NCBI RefSeq assembly: GCF_026571515.1
Contig: NW_026859045.1
Location: 248,001 to 312,000 of the forward strand
Reading direction: 5' to 3'
DNA length: 64,000 bases
Source: Ruditapes philippinarum
Taxonomy: Eukaryota
Shown: positions 1-12,239 of the stretch, one piece after another
Numbering within the stretch: position 1 is the stretch's first letter
How the letters are laid out: each line of letters starts with the position of its first letter
Translations under genes and position numbers: made by a program
Notes under the pieces: generated by a model
Database searches by the model: none
Told to the model about the DNA's origin: nothing
Seen by the model: the letters and a program-made list of their open reading frames with translations, nothing else

Positions 1-780
1 ATGGATTAATATGGAAATTCATGTTAGTTAGGCATGCGCGAAATCATCGCTAACATTTCAAAATTAGCATTTTATAGTTTGTTTTGCTTTCGTATAATTC
101 AACAAAGTATTGATAGTAATTGTCTTATAATTCAACAAAGTTTTGTCATCATTTGCGTTTTGGCAATTATTTTAGTTATAATAGTGATTTAGTATATTAT
201 ACTGGGGTAAAAATACCATTTTGTCTTGAGGTTTAGCTAAAATTATGACATAAATAGCTAGGCCCGATCTGCAAAAGTGTTTTTTTTCCAGTAGATGGTA
301 GTATTATTATAGTTTGAATATACACATGGAATAATAATTAACAATGATAAGACAACTGACACCATTTTCAAAATAATTTTTCTTTATGTTTCATACGAGT
401 TTTTATCACGTGACAAGCATGGTCAAAATAGAATATAACATCTTATAAGGCACTTTTGCACAAACTGAACTAACTTGTGTGTTCATATAACAAATGAAGA
501 CACACTTTGTTAATACGAGTGATGCTTATCTCAATAAAAACTAAAAAGTTGGGTGAATAAAATATTGAAATGATGTTTTAAGATACGCGTTGTAAAACAA
601 ATCCAAAAACATTTCTTGAGGTTTGGGGAACAATCCACACTAGCCGTACGTATTAACACAGCATTGTTTCAAATATAAATATATTTGTATTTCTAATGTT
701 TTAGTAGCAATTCTCATTTCTCATTATGTATTTATATTTTTGTCGGAACTGTGTTTGATAAAACACTTAAACACTTAAAG

Positions 781-1128
781 CAATCTTTCATCTTTGCCAT
801 TTGAAGATATAGGTCAATGGTGTCTTAGGAACATGAATATGGCTGAAAGATGTGCTGCTATTCTCGTGTTGGTGGATTACTCAAATCCAATAAAGATGGT
901 TGTTTTGCCAGTACAATTCAATTGTGATTAATTTCCGGCATTTCTTTTATAACAATACCTTCTCCTTCTCGTATAATTCATTTGGGCGACTGCGATTATA
1001 TAGAAAGATTTCCAGATATATTAAATAAAAGCAAAAATGATAAGAGTAAATGACAAACTGTATCGAATTCAAAGAGCCATTTCTCGCGTTTATTGTAAAA
1101 ATCAGATTTCATTTATTTAAATGTTCAT
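781..1128. repeat. Duplicated module X, copy 1 (close paralog at 5581-5920; more distant copies near 22860, 27014, 34068)
   Basis: caatctttcatctttgccatttgaaga...aaaaatcag(a/t)tttcatttatt is colinear with 5581-5920 and contains caattcaattgtgattaatttccggc at 914-939. Confidence 0.9.
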
Positions 1129-1604
1129 AAAAAAAATTATTAAAAAAATACTTATACATCTATCGAACAGTGAGTGTAGCTTCAAGCATAAACATGATTT
1201 TTCCTTCATCTCTTACATTTATTCTACTTTTAAATTAATGTTACTGTCATTCTGATGCTAATCCGTTCATCGTTTGTAAACGATGATGAATTATAGTAAC
1301 GTTAACGACCTGTTGAAATTGTAATAGCAAAACAATGCTTCGGGATATAAATTTCCAAATGACATTGTCACAAAACTTTTTTTGTTGACAAAGTTATTAT
1401 GAAAATGTCGTAAACAGTCAGTCCTTGGGGACAGATAATGTGTTTCGAAACAAAACATTCACCTTCACATTTTTATGTAATTTATCAATTGTAAAGGCCA
1501 CGACGGTTGTGACAACATACCCATGCCACTCATCAATTAATTAATTAATTAATTAATATTTATACGGGGCGGGGTCTGGATGTGAATTAGACATTTAGCG
1601 TTGT

Positions 1605-1890
1605 NNNNNNNNNNNNNNNNNNNNNNNNNNNNNNNNNNNNNNNNNNNNNNNNNNNNNNNNNNNNNNNNNNNNNNNNNNNNNNNNNNNNNNNNNNNNNNNN
1701 NNNNNNNNNNNNNNNNNNNNNNNNNNNNNNNNNNNNNNNNNNNNNNNNNNNNNNNNNNNNNNNNNNNNNNNNNNNNNNNNNNNNNNNNNNNNNNNNNNNN
1801 NNNNNNNNNNNNNNNNNNNNNNNNNNNNNNNNNNNNNNNNNNNNNNNNNNNNNNNNNNNNNNNNNNNNNNNNNNNNNNNNNNNNNNNNNN
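1605..1890. other. Assembly gap (286 N)
   Basis: Run of N. The three 'ORFs' spanning it are artefacts. Confidence 0.99.
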
Positions 1891-1938
1891 GGTTGAGTGG
1901 ATTTACGTCGTACAAACACAGAAGGGGTCATATGGCGT
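1891..1938 (-). mobile_element. 3' tail fragment of Meta-type tRNA-SINE
   Basis: gatttacgtcgtacaaacacagaaggggtcatatggcg is the reverse complement of the SINE tail at ~42860-42905 (ccatatgacctatactgtgttggtgtgacgtacaac). Confidence 0.6.
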
Positions 1939-2795
1939 ATGGTTATATGAATGTATATTATTATGAACACAACAATGTAAGAAGCAGTATTTTTTTCAAT
2001 AATTATATTCGTGCATACCTACTAGAACAATATTATGAACTATACTATAGTATGAAAATTCTGGTAGCCAAAAGCGCCAGCAAGTCATTTTTCAGAGTCT
2101 ACTATGATTGTACAGTCATTTAAATGCTTTTCCTTTGTCTTACATTAAGAAAATGAGTGTATATATATTTTTTAAAAGGCGTCAATGACCTGTTGACAAA
2201 ACAATGCTTCTGGGTATTTGAATTTCAAACGGTCATAATGCTACTTGATGTCAAGATTTTCTTGTTTTTAGAGAAGTAATAGAAATGATGTTAATTAGTC
2301 CTTGAGGACCATGTATATGGGCATTCGTATACAAAATCAAAGATTTTAGTAAGATGTAAATTTTTACGCGAGAAAATCAAACTATGATTGTAATGGCAAC
2401 GAGCCGTCAGAGAAAATATGAATAATGTCCATTAAAAGATGTAATGTATATGTTTAATAAAAATGAAATTTGTGATATAAGTAATTTCCTCATGTTCGTT
2501 TAGCTTAACAATTTCTTGCTTTCATTTCAGGAAAATTCCATAATCATTTGTTCAGAAGCCAACAGTATAAAACAGGTCAGACCGCTTGCTTCTTCTATAC
2601 TGGTCACAAAAGCTAAACTGTTTCGGCGTTTAAGCAGGGATATGGCTCAGAACCAGCCAATAACATTTTTGTTGTTTTCTTGTATCTTTTTATTTGTGTG
2701 TGCGTGTGTGTCTTTATTTAATTCTTACCTTCTTTACATAATAATCAGTATCAAATTCATCTGTTAACCACTTGAATTATATTGATACTAATAGA

Positions 2796-2871
2796 TGTCA
2801 CAGGGTGAGAAGAATGTGTAGCCTGACCGAGACTCGAACCCGATAGTCTCGGAATACCGTTACGCGACTCT
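2796..2871 (-). mobile_element. Partial solo LTR of the TRIM seen at 15163-15440
   Basis: tgtcacagggtgagaagaatgtgtagcctgaccgagactcgaaccc matches the LTR ends at 15163 and 15407. It carries a B-box (GGTTCGAGTC on the minus strand). Confidence 0.65.
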
Positions 2872-3169
2872 TGTACATGATAATGTTATTAAACTGTTGC
2901 ATGATGCATACAAAATTAACGGTATAAGGCGCGGTTAGTAAGAAATTGCTTGCTTATTTTCGAGGACAGTCGACATTGTTTCGATTGGAATAAGTATAAT
3001 GAACGAAATCTGCCATCTTTCAATCTGTACTTAACCTTTCATCATATTAAGGAACAATTTCTAAACATATACTGACTAAATAGCGAACATGCAAAATTTT
3101 GTTCGCACTGTCATTCATATGATAGATAACCCTTCCTTTTTTTAACAGAAATTTAAAATTTGATACAAT

Positions 3170-3610
3170 GTTACTTATCTTTTTTTCGCGATATGTCGAT
3201 TAGATAGAAACAGTTCTCAAAAAACTCTGTAAAAATGGTATTGCACGGCCGTGCATATATTTTGACGTGACGTCATTTGCGTTATACAAAAATAGAGTAA
3301 AGACGCGCTAAATCTTATCTAGAATCTTCAATGAACAACAACAACAACAACAACAACAAAAAAAAAAAAACTTTTTCACTTTAAACGGTCCTTATTTTTG
3401 ATATGTGATAATAGAATATTTAATTCGTGTTCACAAGTTCATTACTGAAGTTATTAAACTCGTTGAATACAATAATATATTGCTCGCCAAAGGCTCGCAT
3501 AATATTAAAATTTTATTCAACTTGTTTAATAGATTCAGTATTAGAGCCTCGCATACTATAATTTTATTTAGCTCGTTCAATAAATTCAGTATTGTTCAAT
3601 ATCCTCTATT
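3170..3610. mobile_element. Non-autonomous element with long terminal hairpin (Crypton-like appearance); paralog at 31950-32291, fragment at 5920-5998
   Basis: Shares cgtcatttgcg, atgtgataa..gaatat, the hairpin centred on gctcgcc(a/g)aggctcgc and the terminal ttcaatatcctctat with 31950-32291. The left boundary is approximate and the superfamily name is inference. Confidence 0.65.
3334..3370 (+). repeat. (CAA)n microsatellite followed by an A-run
   Basis: aacaacaacaacaacaacaacaacaaaaaaaaaaaaa. Confidence 0.9.
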
Positions 3611-4175
3611 AATCATCGTCAGTATACTAAATTTAATAAAGTACCCATCAAGATACCGGAATCTGATATAATTATACGGTAATTGAAAAATGAAATTTAT
3701 TCTTGAACTGTACGAAAAGGTTAACACTCCCGGTTGAAGTCCATTAACAGAAACACGCTATTAAAGCATTGCCTTTATTCAATCTCTATCAATATCTTTT
3801 GTCAGAACGTTGACAAGAATATTCCGGTATCATTATTCTCGACAGTAGCTGTTTCACGACAATTTTCGTCCTCTTTGTCCAGGCTTTAAGCATTAACCTA
3901 GAAATAATCCCTTATTCATTACTTGTTATAATTTTGTGAGAACTTTGTTGTGTCTAACATTCAGTCTGAATTGTGAAGAAGGACATCAGCCGTGATGTGA
4001 ACCCAAATATATATCAAATAAATTATCAGAACAGAAATGATAATTACCCCTTAATTGACGTCTTATGCTTTATAACAATTTGTCGCATGACCCCCACAAC
4101 TTTTCTTTGAAGATTGGCGTTCTATAAATTTCAGTATTGGGAAACTGTAAGGTGCTATAAATGAGGTATACTTAC

Positions 4176-4339
4176 GCTTTGGATTTTGCTCTAAATAGGT
4201 ATCAGTAACGGCAAGAACTAAACACACTTTCGAAGAAGCTAATTGTTTAACAAGCATCATCTTCTACTAAGGAAGACCAAATCCCAAGAACTTCATTTGA
4301 ATTTCAACTAAAATCTTTGTTTGCCAATATTTTTTTATA
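4176..4339 (-). promoter_or_regulatory. Putative TATA/Inr core promoter and first exon (exon ~4309-4176), copy 1
   Basis: Minus strand: TATAAA (4339-4334), Inr-like TTAGTT with its A at 4309 (30 nt downstream), ATG at 4260, and donor AGC|GTAAGT after 4176. Confidence 0.45.
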
Positions 4340-4348
4340 ACTAATGCT

Positions 4349-4722
4349 TGTATCTTAGTTGGGGGACCTTTCTGTTGAAAATGTGTTAAATCGTATACAT
4401 ATACATACACAGTGCGTTGACTGAAGTGCAGGTATTAGTTAGCAATCCAAAGCATGCCTATTGATTGGCTCATTTTTCAGGGGTTTACTTATAGTGACGA
4501 CAAAAGAAAGGAACAGTGATAGAAGTATCATATTCAGATGCTCGTTTATTGGCTCCTTTTTCTGGGGTTTCATATTGTGACAGATCACGTCATTTATTTT
4601 TGCCTTTGATACAAACAGAAAAAAACAATATCAAAACATTCGGCTATCGGATTTATGCTCGGGGGCTACGCCATCTCGTACAAATCAGATAGCCTCGCGT
4701 TTCGATGCTGTTTCTATTACTT
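4349..4722. mobile_element. Insertion private to duplication copy 1, ending in a long imperfect hairpin
   Basis: Absent from the paralogous site (aatgctt|attactttatc near 6700). Terminal fold-back ggctatcggattt...gggggctacgcc...aatcagatagcc. Internal ~40 bp direct repeat starting attggctc at ~4465 and ~4548. Confidence 0.7.
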
Positions 4723-5580
4723 ATTACTTTATCTTATCGGAATAAGTTCATAATATCAGAAAACACAGTAGTGAGATATAATTTATCATAGAATATTACC
4801 TCTTAAAGACAGTCTTAAGCATGTCCATGATTTCTTTTTCTATTTCCTTGATGTTGTCAATATGTAAATTTGAAAAATTGTTATTCACATTGTGAGAAAA
4901 GAATGGTCGAGATATAAATATGTTAACTTCGATCTAAACGTATAAGAGCAACATCATTTTCAGGAAAATAGTCTTTTTCTATTGACATGATGTCTAAACT
5001 TATACATTGTGATCAAAGTTATGCAGGCTTAATCTACATTCTACTTTCAAATGTCTGTACAAAATATTCCATATTTTCACATCTCAAAATAATGCTTTTT
5101 TAAATTATAGTTAACTACATTTACTTGTTTTTACATTGACGCAAGATACATTTTTTCATCTTGACAACATTCCTTCATTGTTGCAATTATTGCTCCTGTT
5201 GGGAAAATTTATAAAATAAAGGCAAGTTAAGTATATGTAAAGATCTCTCCAGACGCAAGATAGCTGGAAAAATCTTTGTGAACCCTGTTTGACATTTCAA
5301 AAAGTTTATGACCTCCTGGCAGTTTTCGAAAAATCTTAAAAAATACTTTTGTTTCTGACAAAATATAATAAAGAACTCAGTGAGAAACATTTATTCAGCG
5401 AAGTATGAGGTATGTATCAACATATGTAATGATATTTAAAATAACAACATTTTTTCCCCTCCAATCCAAAATGTGAAGTTGCAAACGATTTGAAAAATTG
5501 AAATCCTTCGACTATCTTGTACAAATTACAAGTTTGCTATTATATATTTTTTTGCCACTAACCTTATCCAGGGAGAATTT

Positions 5581-5920
5581 CAATCTTTCATCTTTGCCAT
5601 TTGAAGAAATAGGTCAATGGTGTCTTAGGAAAAAGAAAACGGTTGATTTCTCGTGTTTGTTACCGTAGATAATCCAAAATCCAATAAAGATGGTTGTTTT
5701 GCCAGTAAAATTCAATTGTGATTAATTTCCGGCCTTTTTTTATAACAATACCTTATCCCTGTTGTATAATTCATTGGGCGACTGCGATTAAATAGAAAGA
5801 TTTCCAGAGATATTAAATAAAAGCCAAAACGATAAGAGTAAAGGACAAACTGTATCGAAATCAAAGAGCCATTTCTTGCGTTCATTGTAAAAATCAGTTT
5901 TCATTTATTCAAATATTCAT
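5581..5920. repeat. Duplicated module X, copy 2
   Basis: Colinear with 781-1128. Motif aattcaattgtgattaatttccggc at 5709-5733. Confidence 0.9.
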
Positions 5921-6551
5921 TATTCGCATCATACAATTTTATTCAGCCCGTTCAATAAATTCAGTATTGAACATACACTTATTCAATATCCTCTATTAAT
6001 CATCGTCAGTATACTATATTTAATAAAGTACCCATCAAAATACCGGAATCTGATATAATTATACGGTAATTAAAAAATGTAATTTATTATTGAACTGTAC
6101 GAATAGGTTGAAGTCCATTAACAGAAACACGCTATTAAAGCATTGCCTTTATTCAATCTCTATCGATATCTTTTGTCAGAACGTTGACAAGTATATTCCG
6201 TTGTCATTATTCTCGACAGTAGCTGTTTCACGACAATTTTCGTCTTCTTTGTCCAGGCTTAAAGCAATAACCTAGAAGTAAACCCTTATTTATTACTTGT
6301 TATAATTTTGTGAGAACTTTGTTGTGTCTAATATTCAGTCTGAATTGTATTGAAGGACATCAGCCGTAGTATGAACCCAAATATATATATCAAATAAATT
6401 GTCAGCACAGAAATAATAATTACTCCTTAATTGACGTTTTATGCTTTATAACAATTTGTCGCATGAGCCCGACAACTTTTCTTTGAAGATGGGCGTTCTA
6501 TAAATTTCAGTATTGGGAAACTGTAAGGTGCTATAAATGAGGTATACTTAC

Positions 6552-6693
6552 GCTTTGGACTTTGCTCTAAATGGGTATCAGTGAAGGTAAGAACTAAAAT
6601 CCTTTTTGAAGAAGCTAATTGTTTAACAAGCATCATCTTCTACTAAGGAAGACCAAGACCCAAGTGAAATCTTTGTTTGGCAATATGTTTATA
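6552..6693 (-). promoter_or_regulatory. Putative TATA/Inr core promoter and first exon (exon ~6665-6552), copy 2
   Basis: Minus strand: TATAAA (6693-6688), Inr-like TCACTT with its A at 6665 (28 nt downstream), ATG at 6636, and donor AGC|GTAAGT after 6552. Confidence 0.45.
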
Positions 6694-6776
6694 ACAAATG
6701 CTTATTACTTTATCTTAACGGAATAATGTCATAACATCAGCGAACACAGTAGTGAGACATCATTTATTATAAATTA

Positions 6777-7015
6777 TGAGCCGCGCCACGACAAAAACCA
6801 ACATAATGGGTTTGCGACCAGCATGGATCCAGACCAGCCTGCGCATCCGTGCAGTCTGATCAGGATCCATGCTGTTCAATATCAGTTTCTCTACTTGTTA
6901 TAAGGTTTTGTAAGCGAACAGCATGGATCCTGATCAGACTACGCGGATGCGCAGGCTGGTCTGGATCCATGCTGGTCGCAGACCCATTATGTTGGTTTTG
7001 TCACGGCGCGGCCCA
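6777..7015. mobile_element. Full-length palindromic MITE with TA target-site duplication (Tc1/mariner-type)
   Basis: ~100 bp inverted arms (tgagccgcgccacgacaaaa...ttttgtcacggcgcggccca). TA at 6775-6776 and 7016-7017. The empty site gaaTAttacc is visible in the paralog at ~4791-4800. Confidence 0.93.
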
Positions 7016-7458
7016 TATTACCTCTAAAAGGCAGTTTTAGCATGTCGGTGGATTTTTTCTTTTCTTTTTCCTTGACATATTGTCGACAAATAAGTGGTGA
7101 ATACATTGCTAATCTTTTGAGTAAACATTGGCCGAGAAATATAAAGATGTTAACTTCGATCAAAATGTATAAGAGCATCACCTCTTTCAGGAAAATATTC
7201 TTTTTCTATTGACATGATGTCTAGCCTGATGCAATTTGCCCAACGAAATGCAGTCATAGGTCACCTTTTTTGTTACTTTCACATGAAAGAAACGCATATT
7301 TATACTTTAAATTTTCTATTGTGCTATCTCAAAATAATGTTTTTTAGCTTAACTATATATTGTTGTTTTTTTTTTCTGAATGTAAAGTTGAAAAAGATTT
7401 GGATAAAAATAGCGGAGAAAAACAATGCAGCGATGCCGTTTCCGTTTTTTAATTGATA

Positions 7459-7632
7459 TGAGCCGCGCCATGACAAAACCAACGTAATGGGTTTGCGACC
7501 AGCATGGATCCAGACCAGCCTGCGCGTCCGCGCAGTCTGATCAGGATCCATGCTGTTCGCTATCAGTTTCTCTACTTGCTATAGGGTTTGTAAGCGTAAG
7601 CATGGTTCCTGATCAGACTGCGCGGATGCGCA
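7459..7632. mobile_element. Right-truncated copy of the same MITE
   Basis: tgagccgcgccatgacaaaaccaac...gatcagactgcgcggatgcgca, then an abrupt end. Confidence 0.9.
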
Positions 7633-9299
7633 ATTGATCTTATCCAGATGGCATTTAATCGCTTGGTTTGTAAGTTTCATTCAAAACTTAATTAAACTCT
7701 CTTATTATAAGGAAAACGTAAGGTTATCTCAAGAGGTACTTTTCTGGAAGGCCGATTATGACCCAGAAGTGCATTTATTTTATCTCTCAAAAGCTTTTTT
7801 TTATTTTTGGAGTCCTGTTATAGTTTCAAGATGTTACCCACTGGGGAATTACCTGAATAATATTTTGGTTCTGTAGCTTTCTGGGAATTGGGCACTGGGA
7901 AGTGCAGACAAGAAATTTAATAATTTGTATGGAAATCAAAATACCAAATTTAATTTGTTAAAATTGTACTACCATTATGACAAATTATTTCATAATTAGC
8001 GCTTTTTTCATCAGGTACTTAACATCTTACATGCTCGAAAACCATTGTTGAAACATTTTAGAAAAATGTATACGTTTCCGAAAATTTATGTTAAAAAAAC
8101 CCAACAAAAATACAACAATAACGTCCATTATTATTTATTTTGTACCGTGGAATATACTAGACACTTAAAGTTTTCTTCCGGGAATAAATCCTCCGCGAAA
8201 CTGATTAAAATGATTAGAGAAATTTAGGAATAAACAAATTAAAGCATTAATAATTCATCTTAATGTAAATACTTGTTAATTTGGAAATCGAAAATAGCAG
8301 TAAAAGTTATCATGATGAAAATTTCAAAATGTATAAAGAGAAGATGGGCATATGGACATATACTGTTTTCTTCTGGTATTATGTATAAAGAAGACGTTTC
8401 ACTACATGTAATTGAAATTCTAATTTTTTCTCAAGAATAGAAATAATTGAAGCAATCTTGCAAGTTTTACATGTTAATCTTTATATAAAAGGCCGCGTAT
8501 TCTGCAAACGTCGCCCTGACTCATTGTTGTTTTTCCCTTCTTGTTTGTTATCATTTTCCCTAAATAGCATATATGATTATTCGTGGTTTTTAAACATTGT
8601 TATACATAGAAATGAACTTATCTTACACTTAACACAATCATATTATTATATAAAAACCCACTATTATCTGGTTTTTATGTTGTTTTGTTAGATATGGATA
8701 TGGATTTTAACAAAGTTAAAATATAACAGACAGCTTAACTTAGTTTTTCTCACGATTCTAATCATTTCTGATTGGCACTCAGTCTCTTATCATGAGACGC
8801 TCACGTACACATTCTCCATTCATTTCTATGGTTTGACAGTGCCATCACTTGAGGTATAAAACATATGAACACCAATTATGAAATATAAGATAACATTGTC
8901 ACGTGACGTCACGTGACGGTATCTAAGTGATTGAGATGTTTGATTCCAATAGGAAGCAACGTGACATATTTTCGATATAGATATTGAATTTGTAATAAGA
9001 TGTCACTCTAAGTTCTTTGATTATACAAAGTCTTGAATATATCCAATGTCTAGCATATTATTCAGGCTTCATTGGTGGTAATTCAGTCCGGCTTTGAGAA
9101 GCTTCATCGAATATCGTACACAAACAGGAGAACTGCAAAACATGTAAACATTACTACGTCTCCAAAACGGTGGCCCTTTTGTTTTGTGCCATTTTGGGGG
9201 GTGGGGGAGGAGAGAATTTGTATTTTCGCAAAATTTTAAAACATTGCTAATTATGCCAATAATGTGTAAAACAAATATATTGAATAAAGCCTTAGGCGT

Positions 9300-9510
9300 A
9301 GTATAATTATAGTATAACGAAAAGTATGGAAGGAAATTTTATTCAAACTTCACACAGTGAAGAAGAGTCTATTGTGAGAAGTGCAGTGTCCAAGATTGAT
9401 AACTCTATATGCCTAACTTTTGAATATTCTCCGTTAACTTACAAATGCTTGTCCAGATCACAACTTCTAAATTTGAAATGATATCTCATTAAAACTGCAC
9501 ACGGTTGTAG
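9300..9510. mobile_element. Degraded core repeat of a HINE/Helentron-associated element
   Basis: caaacttcacacag, ataactct, cttgtccagatcacaact and aaaactgcacac resemble the core units of this element class. A similar relic lies at ~20750-20990. Confidence 0.35.
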
Positions 9511-12239
9511 AAACTTAAAGAAATCGTACTTTTGTTCGCATTTTAATGCCATTCGGGCCATGTTACTGCGTTTTTTCGCGTTATTAGCGGAACTAAGCTT
9601 TTTTTATTCCGGTAATTACGCATTGCTGGTACGCGCTCTTACTCATTTTTCGCGTTTGTAGCTTTGTCTTCTTTCTTTGCGAGAGAGGGGGTGCAAAGAG
9701 ATTGTGGTAACAGTAACACAGACACTTTGTGAAGTTCAGCTGGTGTTTTTCCAGCATATGTTGACATTATTTTAGGCGCAAGCGGATATATGAGCAGAAC
9801 CACCGATTCCCCGTTAGCAAGCTGTATAATTATCTTCCTCACATAAAGAAATACGAAGTCCCTGGCTAAAATGAAACTAACAACACTGAGAGGCCATGTG
9901 GTTCGATTTTCACGGCCTTAGCCCCTCGACCTCGGAGGAAGCTGACTTAAGTCTACTTTTTTAACATTGATGATAACCATATGCTTAGCGAAGCATTTAA
10001 AAATAATCAAAGGAAAAATGAGAATTAAATTTTAATACAAACACTATTACTACATCGTCAACAGTTCACCTTCATTCGAAAAGAAACCAGACACGTGCCT
10101 TTGTACAATATTGCTTTGTGACAGTATACTCTTAATCTTTGAACATTATTCATATAGTTTTACGTAATTCATTACAATATGAATCAATAGAAATGAAGAA
10201 TGCGCTCTAAGACTTCTAATAATAAGGGTCTAAGTACCGGTCAAAACTAATTAAAAAGAACCTATGGGTAATGACCTGTTCTTTACTTGCTCACAAAATG
10301 CGAATCATAGACGAACAGATGTATCAATTACTTTTTTCATCTAAATCGACCATTTGTCCACCCACTCTAAAATTGTACGAGCAAGAAAAATGAACATTAA
10401 TATGCAACATTATATAAAATAAAAGCATAAACATGTGCTGTTTTTGGACAGAGCTAAAAAGTCATTGGAAGAGAAGTAAGTGTGAGGGAAAAATGATTAT
10501 GAGACTATAGAAAGCTCGGTTTGATTAATTCTGTTACCGACAGAAACAGACAAGTAAGGCACCTTTCATGTATTCTCACATATGCAAGACATCAATAAAT
10601 ATACTTCTATAAGAACATGATTTAGCTTTCGTACTTCATATTTCTTAGCAGCGTAAATGTCTAAACTATTTTATATTATTCATTAACGACACAAACTTTT
10701 GTTACATTGTTTTAATACCATAGGTCTGTTAATATTTACGAGAATGGTGCGTTCGTTTATATTTATTTGAAATGTACTCGTAAACAAGTATACGAATCAT
10801 AAGATATAAACGCGTGTTTGTTTTGGGTAAACCACAATGAAAAACATATTTGTAAATAATTGTTTGCTTGAACTTAAGTCTTAGCGACACTGACACGGAC
10901 ATACGACGACCTTTCAGCTTATGAAATATTATATATAATAATACATTGAAATAAATTACTGCTCTACAATAAAGATATATTTGCCACAATACCAATAAGA
11001 CGAACGATAAGTTTTTTTTGTTAAAATTACAAAATGCACATTTTTATTATTATTATTGAGGTCGTCAGTAGAAATTCTTTTTATACAGCTAGTTTCAGCC
11101 GTTTCTATTAACGTTACCTGTGCCATTAGACACTGGTTTACATCGAAAATGTTTTAGTCAGAACGCGGTTGTAATGTTGTTCTTTCTTTCTGAAATTATA
11201 AACGGTTGTGTTCAAATGGAACGATTCCAAGGAATTAACCTTGGTAAACGAGAAACAAAGACTCTATTTCGAATGTTATAAATAAAATAGATTAGCTTTG
11301 TGCGAACTTTGGATCCATATGTTATTATGTCAACCACCACCCATTATATCGTTTATGAGTTGTATGTTAATTCCTTTTAAGAGCTATATGTTGTGCATGA
11401 TTTTCTTCCTAGAGAATCACCAAGTTAACTTAAATTTTCTTGGATCATTGGATCGGCAACATTTAAATATGCACATGTATTTGCCGTGAAGAAATAAATA
11501 CTTTCTTTCGAAAAAAATGACACCAGTTAAACCAATCTCTGAAGAAATAATTTACTACGAGCAATATTAAAATATTTATACATCTTGATATTTCTACATA
11601 GATGTATACTTCACAAATTCAATGTTTATTTGGTGTCAATGACAATATGGCCTCTGATAGAAATTGAACTGTTCAGTCTACTGATTGATCCAATTCTTGG
11701 AAGTATTTTTATTCTATTATAATTGATTTACCACGAGGACATAAATATAAAACATTCCGTCTGAACATTATTATTCAGTCTTTAAAAAGTCCATGTCTAT
11801 CAAACGATTAAAGAGTGCCAAGATGTACACTCTTTTTTTACATCTTGTCAACACCATGTATAATTGCCGCTTTGTTTAATGACTCATTTTTATGCAATAA
11901 TCTGAAATTGGTCAAACCTGCTTTAAGTCGTCAGGTTTGAAAATATTTCTTTTTTCTAAATTGTTTTTCGTGTAAAACTTTGCAAAACAAATTTCCATGT
12001 GCAAACAAATTAAAAGGCGGGACCAGCAATTAAAAACGTACTTAAAAGTATGACCTACATTACTCGAAATTGATATTCATTAATAGATTTTCATACATGT
12101 ATATCAGTTTAAATTTAGTACACTCTTTCAATCAATGAGTTTAACTGGTTAACCTGTCATTTTAACTATTAATTATTGACACGAATCAGTTACATATAGT
12201 GACATTATCCTGCAAATTTAGACACACGCGCACATAATT

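Larger units (their letters stand above)
3545..7345. repeat. Tandem segmental duplication, period ~2.4 kb (3545-5110 vs 5920-7345)
   Basis: Long colinear matches, e.g. 3600-3700 vs 5988-6090, 4060-4280 vs 6436-6656 and 4720-4995 vs 6700-7225. Each copy carries its own insertion. Confidence 0.95.

Noticed and set aside
1587-1970. Three ORFs of 106-127 aa
   Set aside because: They are open only because they cross the N gap.
2531-2575. Plus-strand 45-nt exon candidate (tttcag|GAAAAT...ACAG|gtcag)
   Set aside because: Weak donor, no partner exons and no recognisable peptide.
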